From a virus (taxonomy: Duplodnaviria > Caudoviricetes): a stretch of 63,574 nt of DNA. This document shows, in pieces, positions 10,012-20,232 of the stretch (the first letter of the stretch is position 1; the number at the start of each line of letters is the position of its first letter). Where the stretch lies: positions 1 through 63,574 of IMG/VR virus record IMGVR_UViG_3300042400_001354; one strand, given 5' to 3'. Both the position numbers and the translations under genes were made by a program. The notes under the pieces were generated by a model, which saw only the letters and a program-made list of their open reading frames with translations, was not told the DNA's origin and did not search any database.

Positions 10012-10392
10012 TTAAATTAATTCAGCAGAACATTTATATAACCCATCAACTAGATTATACGAAAATTTTAAAATATAAGGATTGGTATTTAAAATTTTTC
10101 CATCAAACTCATCCCATTTTGTATTATGGAGACCGACGGTCAAATTTAATGTTCCATTTTTTGTATCATTAATATCTACTTGAGGAATATCTAAACTATA
10201 CATTGCTAAAATTTTACTTAATTTAACTAAAGCTTCTTCAACAGTTTTAAATGATTGTCTTAATGTTAAATCAATATTTCTATTTAATTGATTTTTAATT
10301 TCTGGAATTGCTACATCAGTACCAGTTGTCTCAATATCAACAATTGGCGCATTAATATATAATTCTGTAATATATTCTTTAAATGTTTTCAT
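10012..10392 (-). CDS. putative internal head protein
   Basis: MKTFKEYITE capsid-targeting-like N-terminus. Confidence 0.65.
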   Translation of the reverse strand: MKTFKEYITELYINAPIVDIETTGTDVAIPEIKNQLNRNIDLTLRQSFKTVEEALVKLSKILAMYSLDIPQVDINDTKNGTLNLTVGLHNTKWDEFDGKILNTNPYILKFSYNLVDGLYKCSAELI

Positions 10393-10398
10393 AATGAT

Positions 10399-10932
10399 TT
10401 AATTTGGTGTTATGTAATTGTTGTCTGTTTGTGCTTGATTTTGGTCTGAATCGCTAGATTTATTTCTGGAGTCAGGATACCCGAAAAAAGTAACGGCAAC
10501 CCCTTTTTTCCCAGATTTACTATCCTTTTTCGCATTTTTAATAGCCTCAATCAACGAAGTTGAATTTTGGATATCTATGCTCTCATAATGATTGACTTTT
10601 AACCAAGCATGAAACGCTGGAGAATTTTTAATTTTATCGCGCAATTGCTTACCAACAATTCCACGCAATTTATATGGGTCTAGACCCAAATGACGATAAT
10701 AATTTACAAACAAATCGTATCTAGATACTTCATCTAATTGTTCTGATTCTTCATGACAACATTTTTTCGCAGTAGCTGTAGCAATAGCCATCTTTTTTGA
10801 CATACCACTAGGAGTAGAACCCATCCCTGGATTTTCTCTTTCCATAGCTTTTGCAATTTTTTCGCGTTTATGTTTTTCTTTATCTGTTAATTTTCTCTCT
10901 AGATAAAGTTGTTTAATGTCTGTAAATTTCAT
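10399..10932 (-). CDS. hypothetical virion-type protein
   Basis: YLE/LDE/LIE gp21-type sites; ERKLT..EK.KREKIAKAM and IATATAKK motif. Confidence 0.65.
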   Translation of the reverse strand: MKFTDIKQLYLERKLTDKEKHKREKIAKAMERENPGMGSTPSGMSKKMAIATATAKKCCHEESEQLDEVSRYDLFVNYYRHLGLDPYKLRGIVGKQLRDKIKNSPAFHAWLKVNHYESIDIQNSTSLIEAIKNAKKDSKSGKKGVAVTFFGYPDSRNKSSDSDQNQAQTDNNYITPN

Positions 10933-11178
10933 TTATCGGGTTCCTAAATTTTGATAATGAGATAATAATTTTTCTTTAAATATTTTAGGTGGTTCTTTGG
11001 GTTTATTTACAGAAACAGATTTCGAGACCAACTGAGGAGCAGACAATTCAGGTTGATCTTTTGCAGAAGTAAATTTTGCAACTTTACTTCCATGAAAATG
11101 TTTTGTCGGGTCTGTAGATTTAAATAAAGCTTTTAAAGAAGTATATTTATTTAGTCCGTGTTGTTCATCCAATTCCAT
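10933..11178 (-). CDS. hypothetical protein
   Basis: ORF packed in late operon. Confidence 0.55.
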   Translation of the reverse strand: MELDEQHGLNKYTSLKALFKSTDPTKHFHGSKVAKFTSAKDQPELSAPQLVSKSVSVNKPKEPPKIFKEKLLSHYQNLGTR

Positions 11179-11962
11179 ATGGTACTACCTTTTTAAAATT
11201 GATTTTTTTAATTTTACCTAAAACTCTTCTGGTTCGTTCTTTATCATCATCCGATCGCATATCAGCAGTTGAACTAGATAATTTTTGCATAGGGCTCGTT
11301 GCGATAGGGCTAGTATCAAAAGAAAAAACCTCATAAGATTCAGCAACACCATTATACACAGACCAAGATCCTGGAGTCATACCTCTTGTATCAGTAACAT
11401 CTCCAGGAACAATAGATTTTAATTTTTTCTTGATTCTGGGTTTAGCAATATCTTCTAGCGTTAAATCGCTTTTGAAAGATAATTCGCTTAAAATATCTAA
11501 AATATAAATTCTAGCTTCAGATAAATCTAGAGTTTCAGAATTATCAACTATAATATTCGACTCAAATAGTTCCAAAATAGATTTTCTATTTGCATTTCCA
11601 ATTGTTATTCTTTCTAAAGATTCTTTTAAATTATTTCTAGTTTTTAATCTTTCTATGGATACAGATAAATTAGTTTCAACCAAAATTAAATGCGCAGAAT
11701 ACCCTATAGATTCTAATACTTGTTTTGTTAGAGCAAAATTTAAATTAAAACTATTTGCTGTTATAAGAATTGAATTTCTTTCCAATAAAGATTCTTGTTT
11801 TTCAGGTAAAGCTCGTTTAAATGCTGTATCGTTAGATAACATTTCGTCTATTTGAGTTGCGGTAAATTCGATAATATTGTAATTAGAAGTAATATCTCTA
11901 ATTACAACATCTTTTCCTGCACCTGGAGCTCCAATAATAAAAATAGCTTGATTTTTTTGCAT
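11165..11962 (-). CDS. P-loop kinase/ATPase (Pnk/zeta-like)
   Basis: N-terminal Walker A FIIGAPGAGKD, SIERLKTR lid-like segment. Confidence 0.7.
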   Translation of the reverse strand: MQKNQAIFIIGAPGAGKDVVIRDITSNYNIIEFTATQIDEMLSNDTAFKRALPEKQESLLERNSILITANSFNLNFALTKQVLESIGYSAHLILVETNLSVSIERLKTRNNLKESLERITIGNANRKSILELFESNIIVDNSETLDLSEARIYILDILSELSFKSDLTLEDIAKPRIKKKLKSIVPGDVTDTRGMTPGSWSVYNGVAESYEVFSFDTSPIATSPMQKLSSSTADMRSDDDKERTRRVLGKIKKINFKKVVPYGIG

Positions 11963-12576
11963 TACATTAATCTCAGTCTACTTAAAAAATTCTGGATATA
12001 AGATTCTTTTAACCCAATTCCTGAACTAACATCATGCATTAATTCTCTGGCATGATCATCAGACACAGTACTTGGAACACCTTTTCTGAAAGATTCGAAA
12101 TCATTATTACTAGCATGATCTCGCATTTTACTTCCAGACATACCCTCTGTTCCTTCTGAATCTGGATCTCGGTGGCCAGCAGAACGAACGTCTACTTTTT
12201 TGAAATTATAGTAACCATGTTTACCATGCACCCCATTATATTTATTAATCAAATCTTCCATATCTTTTGTTCTATCAGAACCACCCACATATATCAAATG
12301 TGAATGGCCAGCATCATGTAATTTAGACAAATGATGTAATAATGTTGGAGAATCTTTATGAGCAACAACAAAATTAGTTCTAGGGGAATATCGATTTAAA
12401 TGTTTCAATTTTTGTTCTGTGGATAAAGGATTTTTCTTTGGATCATGAGAACCAGAAACTATAACAGAATGAGCAGCATCTTCTTTATCAGCAATAGAAT
12501 GGACTGCATCTATTAATTTTAAATGACCAGTTGTTGGTGGGTTCATTCTACCAAAAGCAGTTACAACTTTACTCAT
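11962..12576 (-). CDS. cytidylyltransferase-like (HxGH) nucleotidyltransferase
   Basis: FGRMNPPTTGH, KNPL, GSDR, MSGSKMR. Confidence 0.85.
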   Translation of the reverse strand: MSKVVTAFGRMNPPTTGHLKLIDAVHSIADKEDAAHSVIVSGSHDPKKNPLSTEQKLKHLNRYSPRTNFVVAHKDSPTLLHHLSKLHDAGHSHLIYVGGSDRTKDMEDLINKYNGVHGKHGYYNFKKVDVRSAGHRDPDSEGTEGMSGSKMRDHASNNDFESFRKGVPSTVSDDHARELMHDVSSGIGLKESYIQNFLSRLRLM

Positions 12577-13769
12577 CAGCGTACCTTTAATAAATTGGCT
12601 TTAGAAAATTCTGCACGATTAACTAATTTAATCGGAGCACCATCTGTATCTTTTGATTTAGTTGGATGAAATACAAATCCTTCTGGATCTGTACGATTAC
12701 CGCTAATATGATGTTCCAATCCACCTTCATGTTGATTTAATGTATTAACCAATACATCTTTAGCTTTTTGTAAATGGTGATGCAATTTAAGTAAATTGTT
12801 GTAATGTTCTGAGTTTCCATCTATATGATCTAGGTGTGATTGCAACTCAGTATTTTTTCTTGCTTGAGAAGCTGTTGTTTTTAATTTATCAATTGCTTTC
12901 TGGTATTTGCCTGCAATATGAGATTTCAAACCTTGTGCAGTTGGTTTCTCGCCTGTTCGCACAGTATGATTAATATATGTAGCTAGATGACCTGAATCTC
13001 CGCTATGCGGTTCTGTAGCCTCGTACATAGTATTTTTATGAGTATCATGAAGTTTTTTTGCTGCAGATAAATGTGTATTAAATTCCGTCTGAGCTGATTC
13101 GGAATAATGAACATTTTTTGTATCGTGCTCAGGAGATTTACCATAAACATCTGGATGGTGAGCGAAATTATGGTGATCCGGATTAGGATCTGCTGTCATA
13201 GAAGCAATGCTATTACCATGATATTGCGTATGTGTTACAACACCAACTTTAGCACGTTTTATCTTATCTGCTTCATCACCACGAGCCGTGTAAGATATAG
13301 TATTTGGAGTAAAAGAAGCAGACCCATCATCTTTATGTTTAACATCATTTCCACTAAACATTAAATCACCTTGATACACTCCTCGTTTAGGAGCAACTTT
13401 AGGTAGATGATGGAGAGCATCTTTTAATTTTTCAGCTAATCCAGGAGCATGACCGTGATTACGATCAATGTCTTCTGATGTATAATTGATTTTAGGGTTT
13501 TTATTAAAAGCTGATTTAGAAGCAACAAAAAATTTACCAGTTTCTGGATGATGTCCATATACAATAGAAGGAGACCCATCATATTTCATAGTCAATTTAG
13601 GACCAGATTGACCATTTTTAATATAATTATGCGCTTCATTTATTGCAGATATTGCACTAGACGTTCCATGAGAACCTTCAAATGCTTTATCTTCAACATG
13701 TGTTAAATGTTTTAATTTCGAGCCTTCTTCTTCTTTATTTTCAATAATGAAATGTTTAAATCGTAACAT
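12576..13769 (-). CDS. DUF6267-like protein with RNA-ligase-type nucleotidyltransferase motifs
   Basis: TMKYDGSP (I), YQGDLMF (III), PEGFVF (IV), IKLV (V); MLRFKHFIIE N-terminus. Confidence 0.75.
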   Translation of the reverse strand: MLRFKHFIIENKEEEGSKLKHLTHVEDKAFEGSHGTSSAISAINEAHNYIKNGQSGPKLTMKYDGSPSIVYGHHPETGKFFVASKSAFNKNPKINYTSEDIDRNHGHAPGLAEKLKDALHHLPKVAPKRGVYQGDLMFSGNDVKHKDDGSASFTPNTISYTARGDEADKIKRAKVGVVTHTQYHGNSIASMTADPNPDHHNFAHHPDVYGKSPEHDTKNVHYSESAQTEFNTHLSAAKKLHDTHKNTMYEATEPHSGDSGHLATYINHTVRTGEKPTAQGLKSHIAGKYQKAIDKLKTTASQARKNTELQSHLDHIDGNSEHYNNLLKLHHHLQKAKDVLVNTLNQHEGGLEHHISGNRTDPEGFVFHPTKSKDTDGAPIKLVNRAEFSKANLLKVR

Positions 13770-13791
13770 AAAACCCCTTTGGCTTAAAATA

Positions 13792-14814
13792 TTAAGTATT
13801 TATATATTTATATAATTCAGGGGATTCACTTTTTATACAAATAGATTTGCACGTAGGATAATAATTGTTAAAATCGTTAATAACAATTCTTTTTGCTCTA
13901 TGAATATTCATTATCAATAAGCAGTCACCAAATCCCATATCACATAACATTTGTTTAGTTTGTTTCTCAAATTTTGAATCTCTGGCTGTAGTAAATATAA
14001 TTTGACACCCGTTTCGCAATTTTTCTAATAACGCATCAACATTTTGTTGTATTGGTTCATACATTTCAAATGGGTTTAAATCGTACCTACTTTGAACTTT
14101 ACAAATAACTCCATCAATATCAGAAAAATAGGTTGGTTTATCATTATAAGCATTAAATTCTGAAATAGTCCCAACATCAATATAATTTGACACTAAATTT
14201 TTAATGAAAATTTCTCCTGAATTAATCATATTTCCAATTATTTCTGATATATAAATTTCATTGGACATAGAATTTAATTCTTCGAATGTGGTTAAATAAT
14301 TAATTGCACAAGAAAATTGATATCCACCAACACAAAAATATTCGCTAACGATATTTTTTTCTATAATATTAGTAATAATATTTTGATCATTAGTTTTAAT
14401 ATAGCTTTTAGCTTGCAAATTTTTATTTGATCCTATGTTATCACAATAAACCACATTCCCTGTTTCTAGTTTATGCGTAAAAAATGAATCACAATCTCTA
14501 ACTAAAAATGGTCCAGTAATATTAGCACGTTTTATTGTTTGATAAACAGTATCAGCAGAACCATTGGTTCTATCATCAAGAACAATCACGTTAATAGATT
14601 CACCAAAAATATAATTTAATCTATGAATTATATTATATGTTATTTCGTGTTCTTTTAATATAGTAACGTAAATATTATTGTATTGGTTCGATTTTATATA
14701 TTGAGTAAGAACATTCTCCAAAACCATTGTACCGTCAAAACACGATAAAACATATTTCGGAAAAGAATCTGGAAATCTACTAGATAAACCAGCGCAAGGA
14801 ACTATTAAATCCAT
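13792..14814 (-). CDS. sugar-phosphate nucleotidyltransferase fused to HAD phosphatase
   Basis: IVPCAGLSSRF..PKY, DCD, DVGT; C-terminal DIDGVI and FTTAR. Confidence 0.8.
   Translation of the reverse strand: MDLIVPCAGLSSRFPDSFPKYVLSCFDGTMVLENVLTQYIKSNQYNNIYVTILKEHEITYNIIHRLNYIFGESINVIVLDDRTNGSADTVYQTIKRANITGPFLVRDCDSFFTHKLETGNVVYCDNIGSNKNLQAKSYIKTNDQNIITNIIEKNIVSEYFCVGGYQFSCAINYLTTFEELNSMSNEIYISEIIGNMINSGEIFIKNLVSNYIDVGTISEFNAYNDKPTYFSDIDGVICKVQSRYDLNPFEMYEPIQQNVDALLEKLRNGCQIIFTTARDSKFEKQTKQMLCDMGFGDCLLIMNIHRAKRIVINDFNNYYPTCKSICIKSESPELYKYINT
13797..13812 (-). promoter_or_regulatory. tandem T4-type late promoter
   Basis: TATAAATA-TATAAATA about 30 nt upstream of the 13769 start. Confidence 0.75.
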
Positions 14815-15542
14815 AATCTATTAACCTGTGTTTGAATAAAAATTTTGTCAAAATTAGTTTTACAATAAGGTAAAATTCTAAGTAACATTAATATAGTTAA
14901 ATAATTATCACCAAAATATTCATATCTTAGCGACAAGTTATCTGTTATATACTTTAATTGATGGGATATATGTACATGTTCTTTTCTAATAAACCAATTA
15001 CAAATTAAATCTTGCTTTAATTTGTGTAAATCAAAAACATACGAATTATACTCAGTAGTTAGCCCATCAATTAAGATAAATTGTTTGGATTCCAAATTAA
15101 ATAAAATATTGTCAAAAGAAAAATCTCCAAAATATTGAGATTCAGGTATATTTTTTGGTAATTTATTTATTAATTGGGTTTTAGAAAATTTAAACTGGGA
15201 AAAATCAATATCGCGTAATTTATAAAAATATATTTCTGTATAATCACGAATAACAGAAATATCACGTAATTTATCAACAGTACAAATAATAAAATCTAAT
15301 AAAAATTTTGGATGTTCATTTAAAAGATAAGTTTTAATATCTATATGTTTAATATATTCAATATCATAATATTTTTGTGTAATATTTAAGATTTTAGGAA
15401 AAGGTAAATTTAAATCAGCTAACGCTTTATATCTTTCAATATTTCTTGAAATATTATCCATTTTCCGCACAAAATGGATTCCATTATCCTCAATTATTGA
15501 TACTGTACTAGAAGAATTTCCGCAAAGGTTTTTTACAATCAT
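14805..15542 (-). CDS. APH/choline-kinase-like phosphotransferase
   Basis: GNSS, VRK, FGDFSFDNI, LIDG, DLHKLKQD. Confidence 0.72.
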   Translation of the reverse strand: MIVKNLCGNSSSTVSIIEDNGIHFVRKMDNISRNIERYKALADLNLPFPKILNITQKYYDIEYIKHIDIKTYLLNEHPKFLLDFIICTVDKLRDISVIRDYTEIYFYKLRDIDFSQFKFSKTQLINKLPKNIPESQYFGDFSFDNILFNLESKQFILIDGLTTEYNSYVFDLHKLKQDLICNWFIRKEHVHISHQLKYITDNLSLRYEYFGDNYLTILMLLRILPYCKTNFDKIFIQTQVNRLWI

Positions 15543-16324
15543 TACAAATTATTAATATATATTCTAACAGGGTCATTAATATCTCTATTTACAGGTTTAA
15601 CTGTAAAAATTGTATTTGTGTTAACTGGAATATTGTAAAATCCCTCTACGATAAGATTAGGGTATAATAATTCCATAATATGTTCTATTGTCATACTATA
15701 TTGTTTACAGTAAAAAGATAACATATAAGTTGGAACAATTTTATTTTTATCGCAAAATTTATAAGCTAATGTTGGAATTAAAGTTTCTTCTACACTACCA
15801 ATAAAATCAATCATCACGGGATAATCTTGTTCTAAACATTTAATAATTTCTTGCATAATTTCGCGTTTGTAAAAATTACCTTCAACGTGATTATTAAAAA
15901 TTTCGTGACTAGGAATTTTATTTAAAAAATCGGTATTATTTATAGTATTTACAGTATTTTGATGTTTAATATTAACAAAATGCTGATGCGATATATCGTT
16001 ATCTTTAATATATTGTTCTATTCCAGGTTTAATGAATAATTCATTTGAATGAAAAATACAAAAATAATCGTAATCAAATTGTTGAGCATATTTAAAATTT
16101 GATATAAAAATTGGTAACGAATTGTGATATTTTATTAAAGAAATTCTAGTTGGATTAATATAAACGTTATCATATTTGTCAACAATAGAATAATCAAATC
16201 CATCCCAATTTTTATTTACATGAATTAATATAATCGGAGCATTAACAAATTTATTAATATTTTGTATTACATTTTCAATAATTTCGTTATTTTCATGTAC
16301 AGGCAAATTAAATAATAGTTTCAT
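15542..16324 (-). CDS. putative glycosyltransferase-like protein
   Basis: LPVHEN, HSNELF, VEETLIPT; glycan-cluster context. Confidence 0.5.
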   Translation of the reverse strand: MKLLFNLPVHENNEIIENVIQNINKFVNAPIILIHVNKNWDGFDYSIVDKYDNVYINPTRISLIKYHNSLPIFISNFKYAQQFDYDYFCIFHSNELFIKPGIEQYIKDNDISHQHFVNIKHQNTVNTINNTDFLNKIPSHEIFNNHVEGNFYKREIMQEIIKCLEQDYPVMIDFIGSVEETLIPTLAYKFCDKNKIVPTYMLSFYCKQYSMTIEHIMELLYPNLIVEGFYNIPVNTNTIFTVKPVNRDINDPVRIYINNL

Positions 16325-17025
16325 TTTAACCTTTCAAACTTTTCAACACAATATTTCATTTCCGAATCACGTAATTTCATTAATTCTTGGTCTTTAAACG
16401 CTGATGCATCATGCTCTCTAAAACAAACTAAAATATCATTTAATATTATTGGATCACCATGATAAAAATATGTTCTATAAAAATATTCGCCATCAACAAT
16501 CCATAATAAATTTTCGTCCATTTCTAATAAACACGTTTTTCTAACAGCATACGCGGATGGATTACCTGTTGTATTATCGCCGTTAACAATTTTATTTCCA
16601 TACCACGGTGTTCTAGTATCAAAAAATTGAGTTCTATCTGAGTTACAATGAGTAAATCCAATCAATAACCAATTACCGCTATTTGTAGAAAAAGCATCTA
16701 CAATTTTTTGAAGAGCAAAAGGATCAACAAAAAAATCGTCCATAAATAAAATTTTTATGATATCTCCAGTAGCATGTTTTAACGCAGAATTAACATTAGC
16801 TGCAGTAATACCCTGTTTTTCATTATATTGTATATATTTAATATCAAAAACATGCGAAAATGTATCACAAATCAGTTTTAAATTATTTTCAGAACTTTGA
16901 TCGGAAATTACAATTTCAAAATTTTTATATGTTTGGTACATTAAATTTGAAAACATTTCAATAAGAAATTGTTCACCCAATTTATTTTTCATTGTGTAAA
17001 TTGGAACACAAATCGATACTTTCAT
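16321..17025 (-). CDS. GT2 family glycosyltransferase
   Basis: VSICVPIY, EIVISDQS, LFMDD, VDGEY. Confidence 0.88.
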   Translation of the reverse strand: MKVSICVPIYTMKNKLGEQFLIEMFSNLMYQTYKNFEIVISDQSSENNLKLICDTFSHVFDIKYIQYNEKQGITAANVNSALKHATGDIIKILFMDDFFVDPFALQKIVDAFSTNSGNWLLIGFTHCNSDRTQFFDTRTPWYGNKIVNGDNTTGNPSAYAVRKTCLLEMDENLLWIVDGEYFYRTYFYHGDPIILNDILVCFREHDASAFKDQELMKLRDSEMKYCVEKFERLK

Positions 17026-17027
17026 AA

Positions 17028-17711
17028 TTAAATTTGAATTGGAATTAAAAGAGTTGGTAACTCCGGATTACCAAAAGTTATATTTTTATTTACATCTGAT
17101 ACATTAAATATACTACAATATGAATCTAAAATATCTGTTATATCATATCCCATGGTTTTTAGGTTATTAATATAATTTATTTGTGTGTAATACGCAGAAT
17201 TATAATCGTCGCCAACAAATACAAAAATATCGTTATATTTTTCATAAATAATTTTACACACATCAGATCTAATAATCCCATTAGATATTTGAGGATGAAT
17301 AACTTGATCCCCTGACCCGCCAGCTTTACTACAAACTAATGGTGTTTGTAGCGTAGCTCTATCAATAAAAGGTTTATAAAAATTAGGATTTGTTGGAATA
17401 TAATCGTCTTCTATCATAAAAAAATGATTATATTTATTTTTTGATAAATTATATTTTATTGCATCATTCCAAGCGCCATACGAAAAACCAATATTTTCTC
17501 TATATAGAATATTATAGTACGATTCATATTCACGCAATTCCGTTGGATAAATCCCACTAACAACAAATGTTGGTTCTATTTTTGTAGCATCACATTCTTT
17601 TAAAAACTTAATATGCCGTTTAAAAAAGAATAATGGATCTTTTGATAATAAAGAATTACAAAAAGGGCTTAATCTAGAACCAAAATATAAAGCTACAATA
17701 TAATTAATCAT
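17028..17711 (-). CDS. putative GT-A glycosyltransferase
   Basis: RENIGFSYGAW, MIEDDY. Confidence 0.6.
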   Translation of the reverse strand: MINYIVALYFGSRLSPFCNSLLSKDPLFFFKRHIKFLKECDATKIEPTFVVSGIYPTELREYESYYNILYRENIGFSYGAWNDAIKYNLSKNKYNHFFMIEDDYIPTNPNFYKPFIDRATLQTPLVCSKAGGSGDQVIHPQISNGIIRSDVCKIIYEKYNDIFVFVGDDYNSAYYTQINYINNLKTMGYDITDILDSYCSIFNVSDVNKNITFGNPELPTLLIPIQI

Positions 17712-18780
17712 AATTATTTAACATTTGAACAATAGTATCTAATTCTAATTGCGATAACCACCACCCATTTGGAATGTTAATTTGAGTATCAGAAAAAGAA
17801 TCAACTCCTGGAAGAATATTTTCTTTGAACTGTATAGTACAATCATACAAATCATTTCTATAATGAACAGGACTTGACGCAATACCATGTTCTTCTAAAT
17901 ATTTAACGAATTTATCCCTTTCTCCACCTAAAACGTGCATGGTAAATAGCCAATACGAGCAAGTATCATCCCACTCAGGTAAAATTAATTTGGGGTTGTT
18001 AATATTTTCTATAAAATATTTACTATTATTTCTATGTTTTGTAACTGAATCTCTAGCAGAATCAATATTCGATAGTCCAATAGAAGCATTAATATCGTTC
18101 ATGTGATATTTAAAACCAGCTTTTTGAATATTTTGAGTGCATCTAAATGAAGCACCTTTAGTTCTATCTAAACCAAACCATCTCAATAATCTTGCTTCGT
18201 GTTCTTTTTCTTTTGGACAAATTAAAATACCACCATCACCAGAAGTTAAAAACTTTATAGCTTGAAAACTATATGCAATATAATCCCCTCTAATTAAATT
18301 CTTGCTTTGTGAAAACACATCCCATGTATGAGCTGCATCTTCAATAACAGGAACCCCAAAAGATTTTAATCTTGAAAAATCGCAAATTTTTCCAGCCCAA
18401 TTAACAGCAACAATTGCTTTAGTTTTATCTGTAATCAATTTTTGTACAGATACAGGATCAATAAGACCTGTAATGGGATCAATATCAGCCCACCGAATTT
18501 TTGCTTTTCTGTGAACAATATGAGTATTTGACGCCCAGCATGTCAATGGCGTAGCAATAACCTCAGAATCATTATCAATACCACATAATTCTAATGCCAA
18601 ATCAATAGCAGAAGTACAAGAATTTACAGTAACTGGCCTAGTATAAGAACCCAATTCTTTCCACAAAGTATCTTCAAATTGTTCTACAACAGAACCTTGA
18701 CCGATAAATCCAGATTCCAATACTGATGATACAGAACTTGCTACCGTATCAGACATTCTAACTTTAAATAATTGAATCAT
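17704..18780 (-). CDS. DegT/DnrJ/EryC1/StrS PLP-dependent sugar aminotransferase
   Basis: NSCTSAI, IEDAAH, SFQAIKFLTSGDGG, GFKYHMND. Confidence 0.93.
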   Translation of the reverse strand: MIQLFKVRMSDTVASSVSSVLESGFIGQGSVVEQFEDTLWKELGSYTRPVTVNSCTSAIDLALELCGIDNDSEVIATPLTCWASNTHIVHRKAKIRWADIDPITGLIDPVSVQKLITDKTKAIVAVNWAGKICDFSRLKSFGVPVIEDAAHTWDVFSQSKNLIRGDYIAYSFQAIKFLTSGDGGILICPKEKEHEARLLRWFGLDRTKGASFRCTQNIQKAGFKYHMNDINASIGLSNIDSARDSVTKHRNNSKYFIENINNPKLILPEWDDTCSYWLFTMHVLGGERDKFVKYLEEHGIASSPVHYRNDLYDCTIQFKENILPGVDSFSDTQINIPNGWWLSQLELDTIVQMLNNYD

Positions 18781-18787
18781 AATCACC

Positions 18788-19255
18788 TCAAATTGATGAG
18801 TTAAGTTTATTATATTCCATCATAATAATATTTCCATCATCATGAGTAACAATAAACCCTAATTTATTATAAATGACAAAAGCTTTAATATTCGATTTTA
18901 ATACTTCCAATTTAATTGGAAGATCAGATCCTACATTTTCTAGTAACATCTCAAACAAAATACTACCAAAACCTTTACCGCGAGCATCAGGTAATAATCC
19001 ACCTGAAATTAAATACTCTGTTGGTTCTTTTCTAATTAACCCATATCCAATAGGATCAACTATAACACCGTGTTGAATGTTATATAATAAAAACAAGTCC
19101 ATTGTATTCGGCAAATTTTTAAACCATCTTTGTTGTTGTTCTGGTGAAATATAAGAACAATCTCTAGTCATAAAATCTTTACACGAATTCCTAATTACTC
19201 TTAATATCTCAGCATCAGATTCAGTTTCAACTCTTTTAAATACTATACTCATCAT
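18788..19255 (-). CDS. GNAT N-acetyltransferase
   Basis: RGKGFG acetyl-CoA motif, NIKAFVIYNKLGF. Confidence 0.85.
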   Translation of the reverse strand: MMSIVFKRVETESDAEILRVIRNSCKDFMTRDCSYISPEQQQRWFKNLPNTMDLFLLYNIQHGVIVDPIGYGLIRKEPTEYLISGGLLPDARGKGFGSILFEMLLENVGSDLPIKLEVLKSNIKAFVIYNKLGFIVTHDDGNIIMMEYNKLNSSI

Positions 19256-20229
19256 AACCTCTGCAAAAATACGTCATTGAATTGTTGCATTACTCTATCA
19301 GGAGAAAATGGGACAACAATTTGGTCTACATTATTAAATTGTTTATGTTTAACTTTCATTATGCATTCTAACAACTCATATTGATTATTATATATCATTC
19401 CATATTTCGACAATAAATTAACATTATTTTTATCTCTTCCACCACCAAACGAAATTACAGGTTTATTTAATGCTAAAAATTCGCAAATAGATAACCCAAA
19501 CGATTCTCCATCTGATCTAGCGTGTATCATAGCATCACAAGATAAAATAAAATTAATTTTTTCTTGTTTAGTTAAAATTGGATCCAAAAATTTCACATTT
19601 GGGTGATCAATAAATTTTCGCGTATTAACAAACAAAAATACTATTGTTGGATCAAACGAAACAATAAAATTTATTATTTCATATACCATTGGGATATCAA
19701 ATTGATCAAATCCACCATATCGACCAAAAATTATTTTTTCTTGAGAAATTCCAAGTTTGGGTTTAATATTAATAAATCCAGTTTGTTTCAAATCAACTAT
19801 ATGTGGAACTACAGGATAAGAACCACCGCTGGCTGTTTCTGATAACCAATGAGAAACATAAGCATATACATCACCATGCGGTTGGTAAAAATTAAACGTT
19901 GCATGAATTAAATTTCGCTTACATTCAACGATATTACCATCATTAAAACCTGCTTTTAATGTGTAAACTGTGTCACAATTTCGTTTATCTAGTTCCGATA
20001 TTAATTCCAATTTTGATTCATACTCAATAACATCAAAATTTGATTTAAATAAATTTACAATATCAGTTTTTTTTGAAAAATTTTCATCATTGCCTACAGT
20101 CAATATAGATTTATTATAACAAATAATAGAATCGTTATTTAATATTTTTTGATTGTAGTATGCATAATCAAAAATAGCTGTTGTTGTACCTCTAAACGAT
20201 AAATTATCGTGGTGAAATGCTAATTTCAT
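19252..20229 (-). CDS. GT-B (GT4-like) glycosyltransferase
   Basis: RGTTTAIFDYA, HARSDGESFGLSICE (Ex7E). Confidence 0.85.
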   Translation of the reverse strand: MKLAFHHDNLSFRGTTTAIFDYAYYNQKILNNDSIICYNKSILTVGNDENFSKKTDIVNLFKSNFDVIEYESKLELISELDKRNCDTVYTLKAGFNDGNIVECKRNLIHATFNFYQPHGDVYAYVSHWLSETASGGSYPVVPHIVDLKQTGFINIKPKLGISQEKIIFGRYGGFDQFDIPMVYEIINFIVSFDPTIVFLFVNTRKFIDHPNVKFLDPILTKQEKINFILSCDAMIHARSDGESFGLSICEFLALNKPVISFGGGRDKNNVNLLSKYGMIYNNQYELLECIMKVKHKQFNNVDQIVVPFSPDRVMQQFNDVFLQRL

Positions 20230-20232
20230 AAA

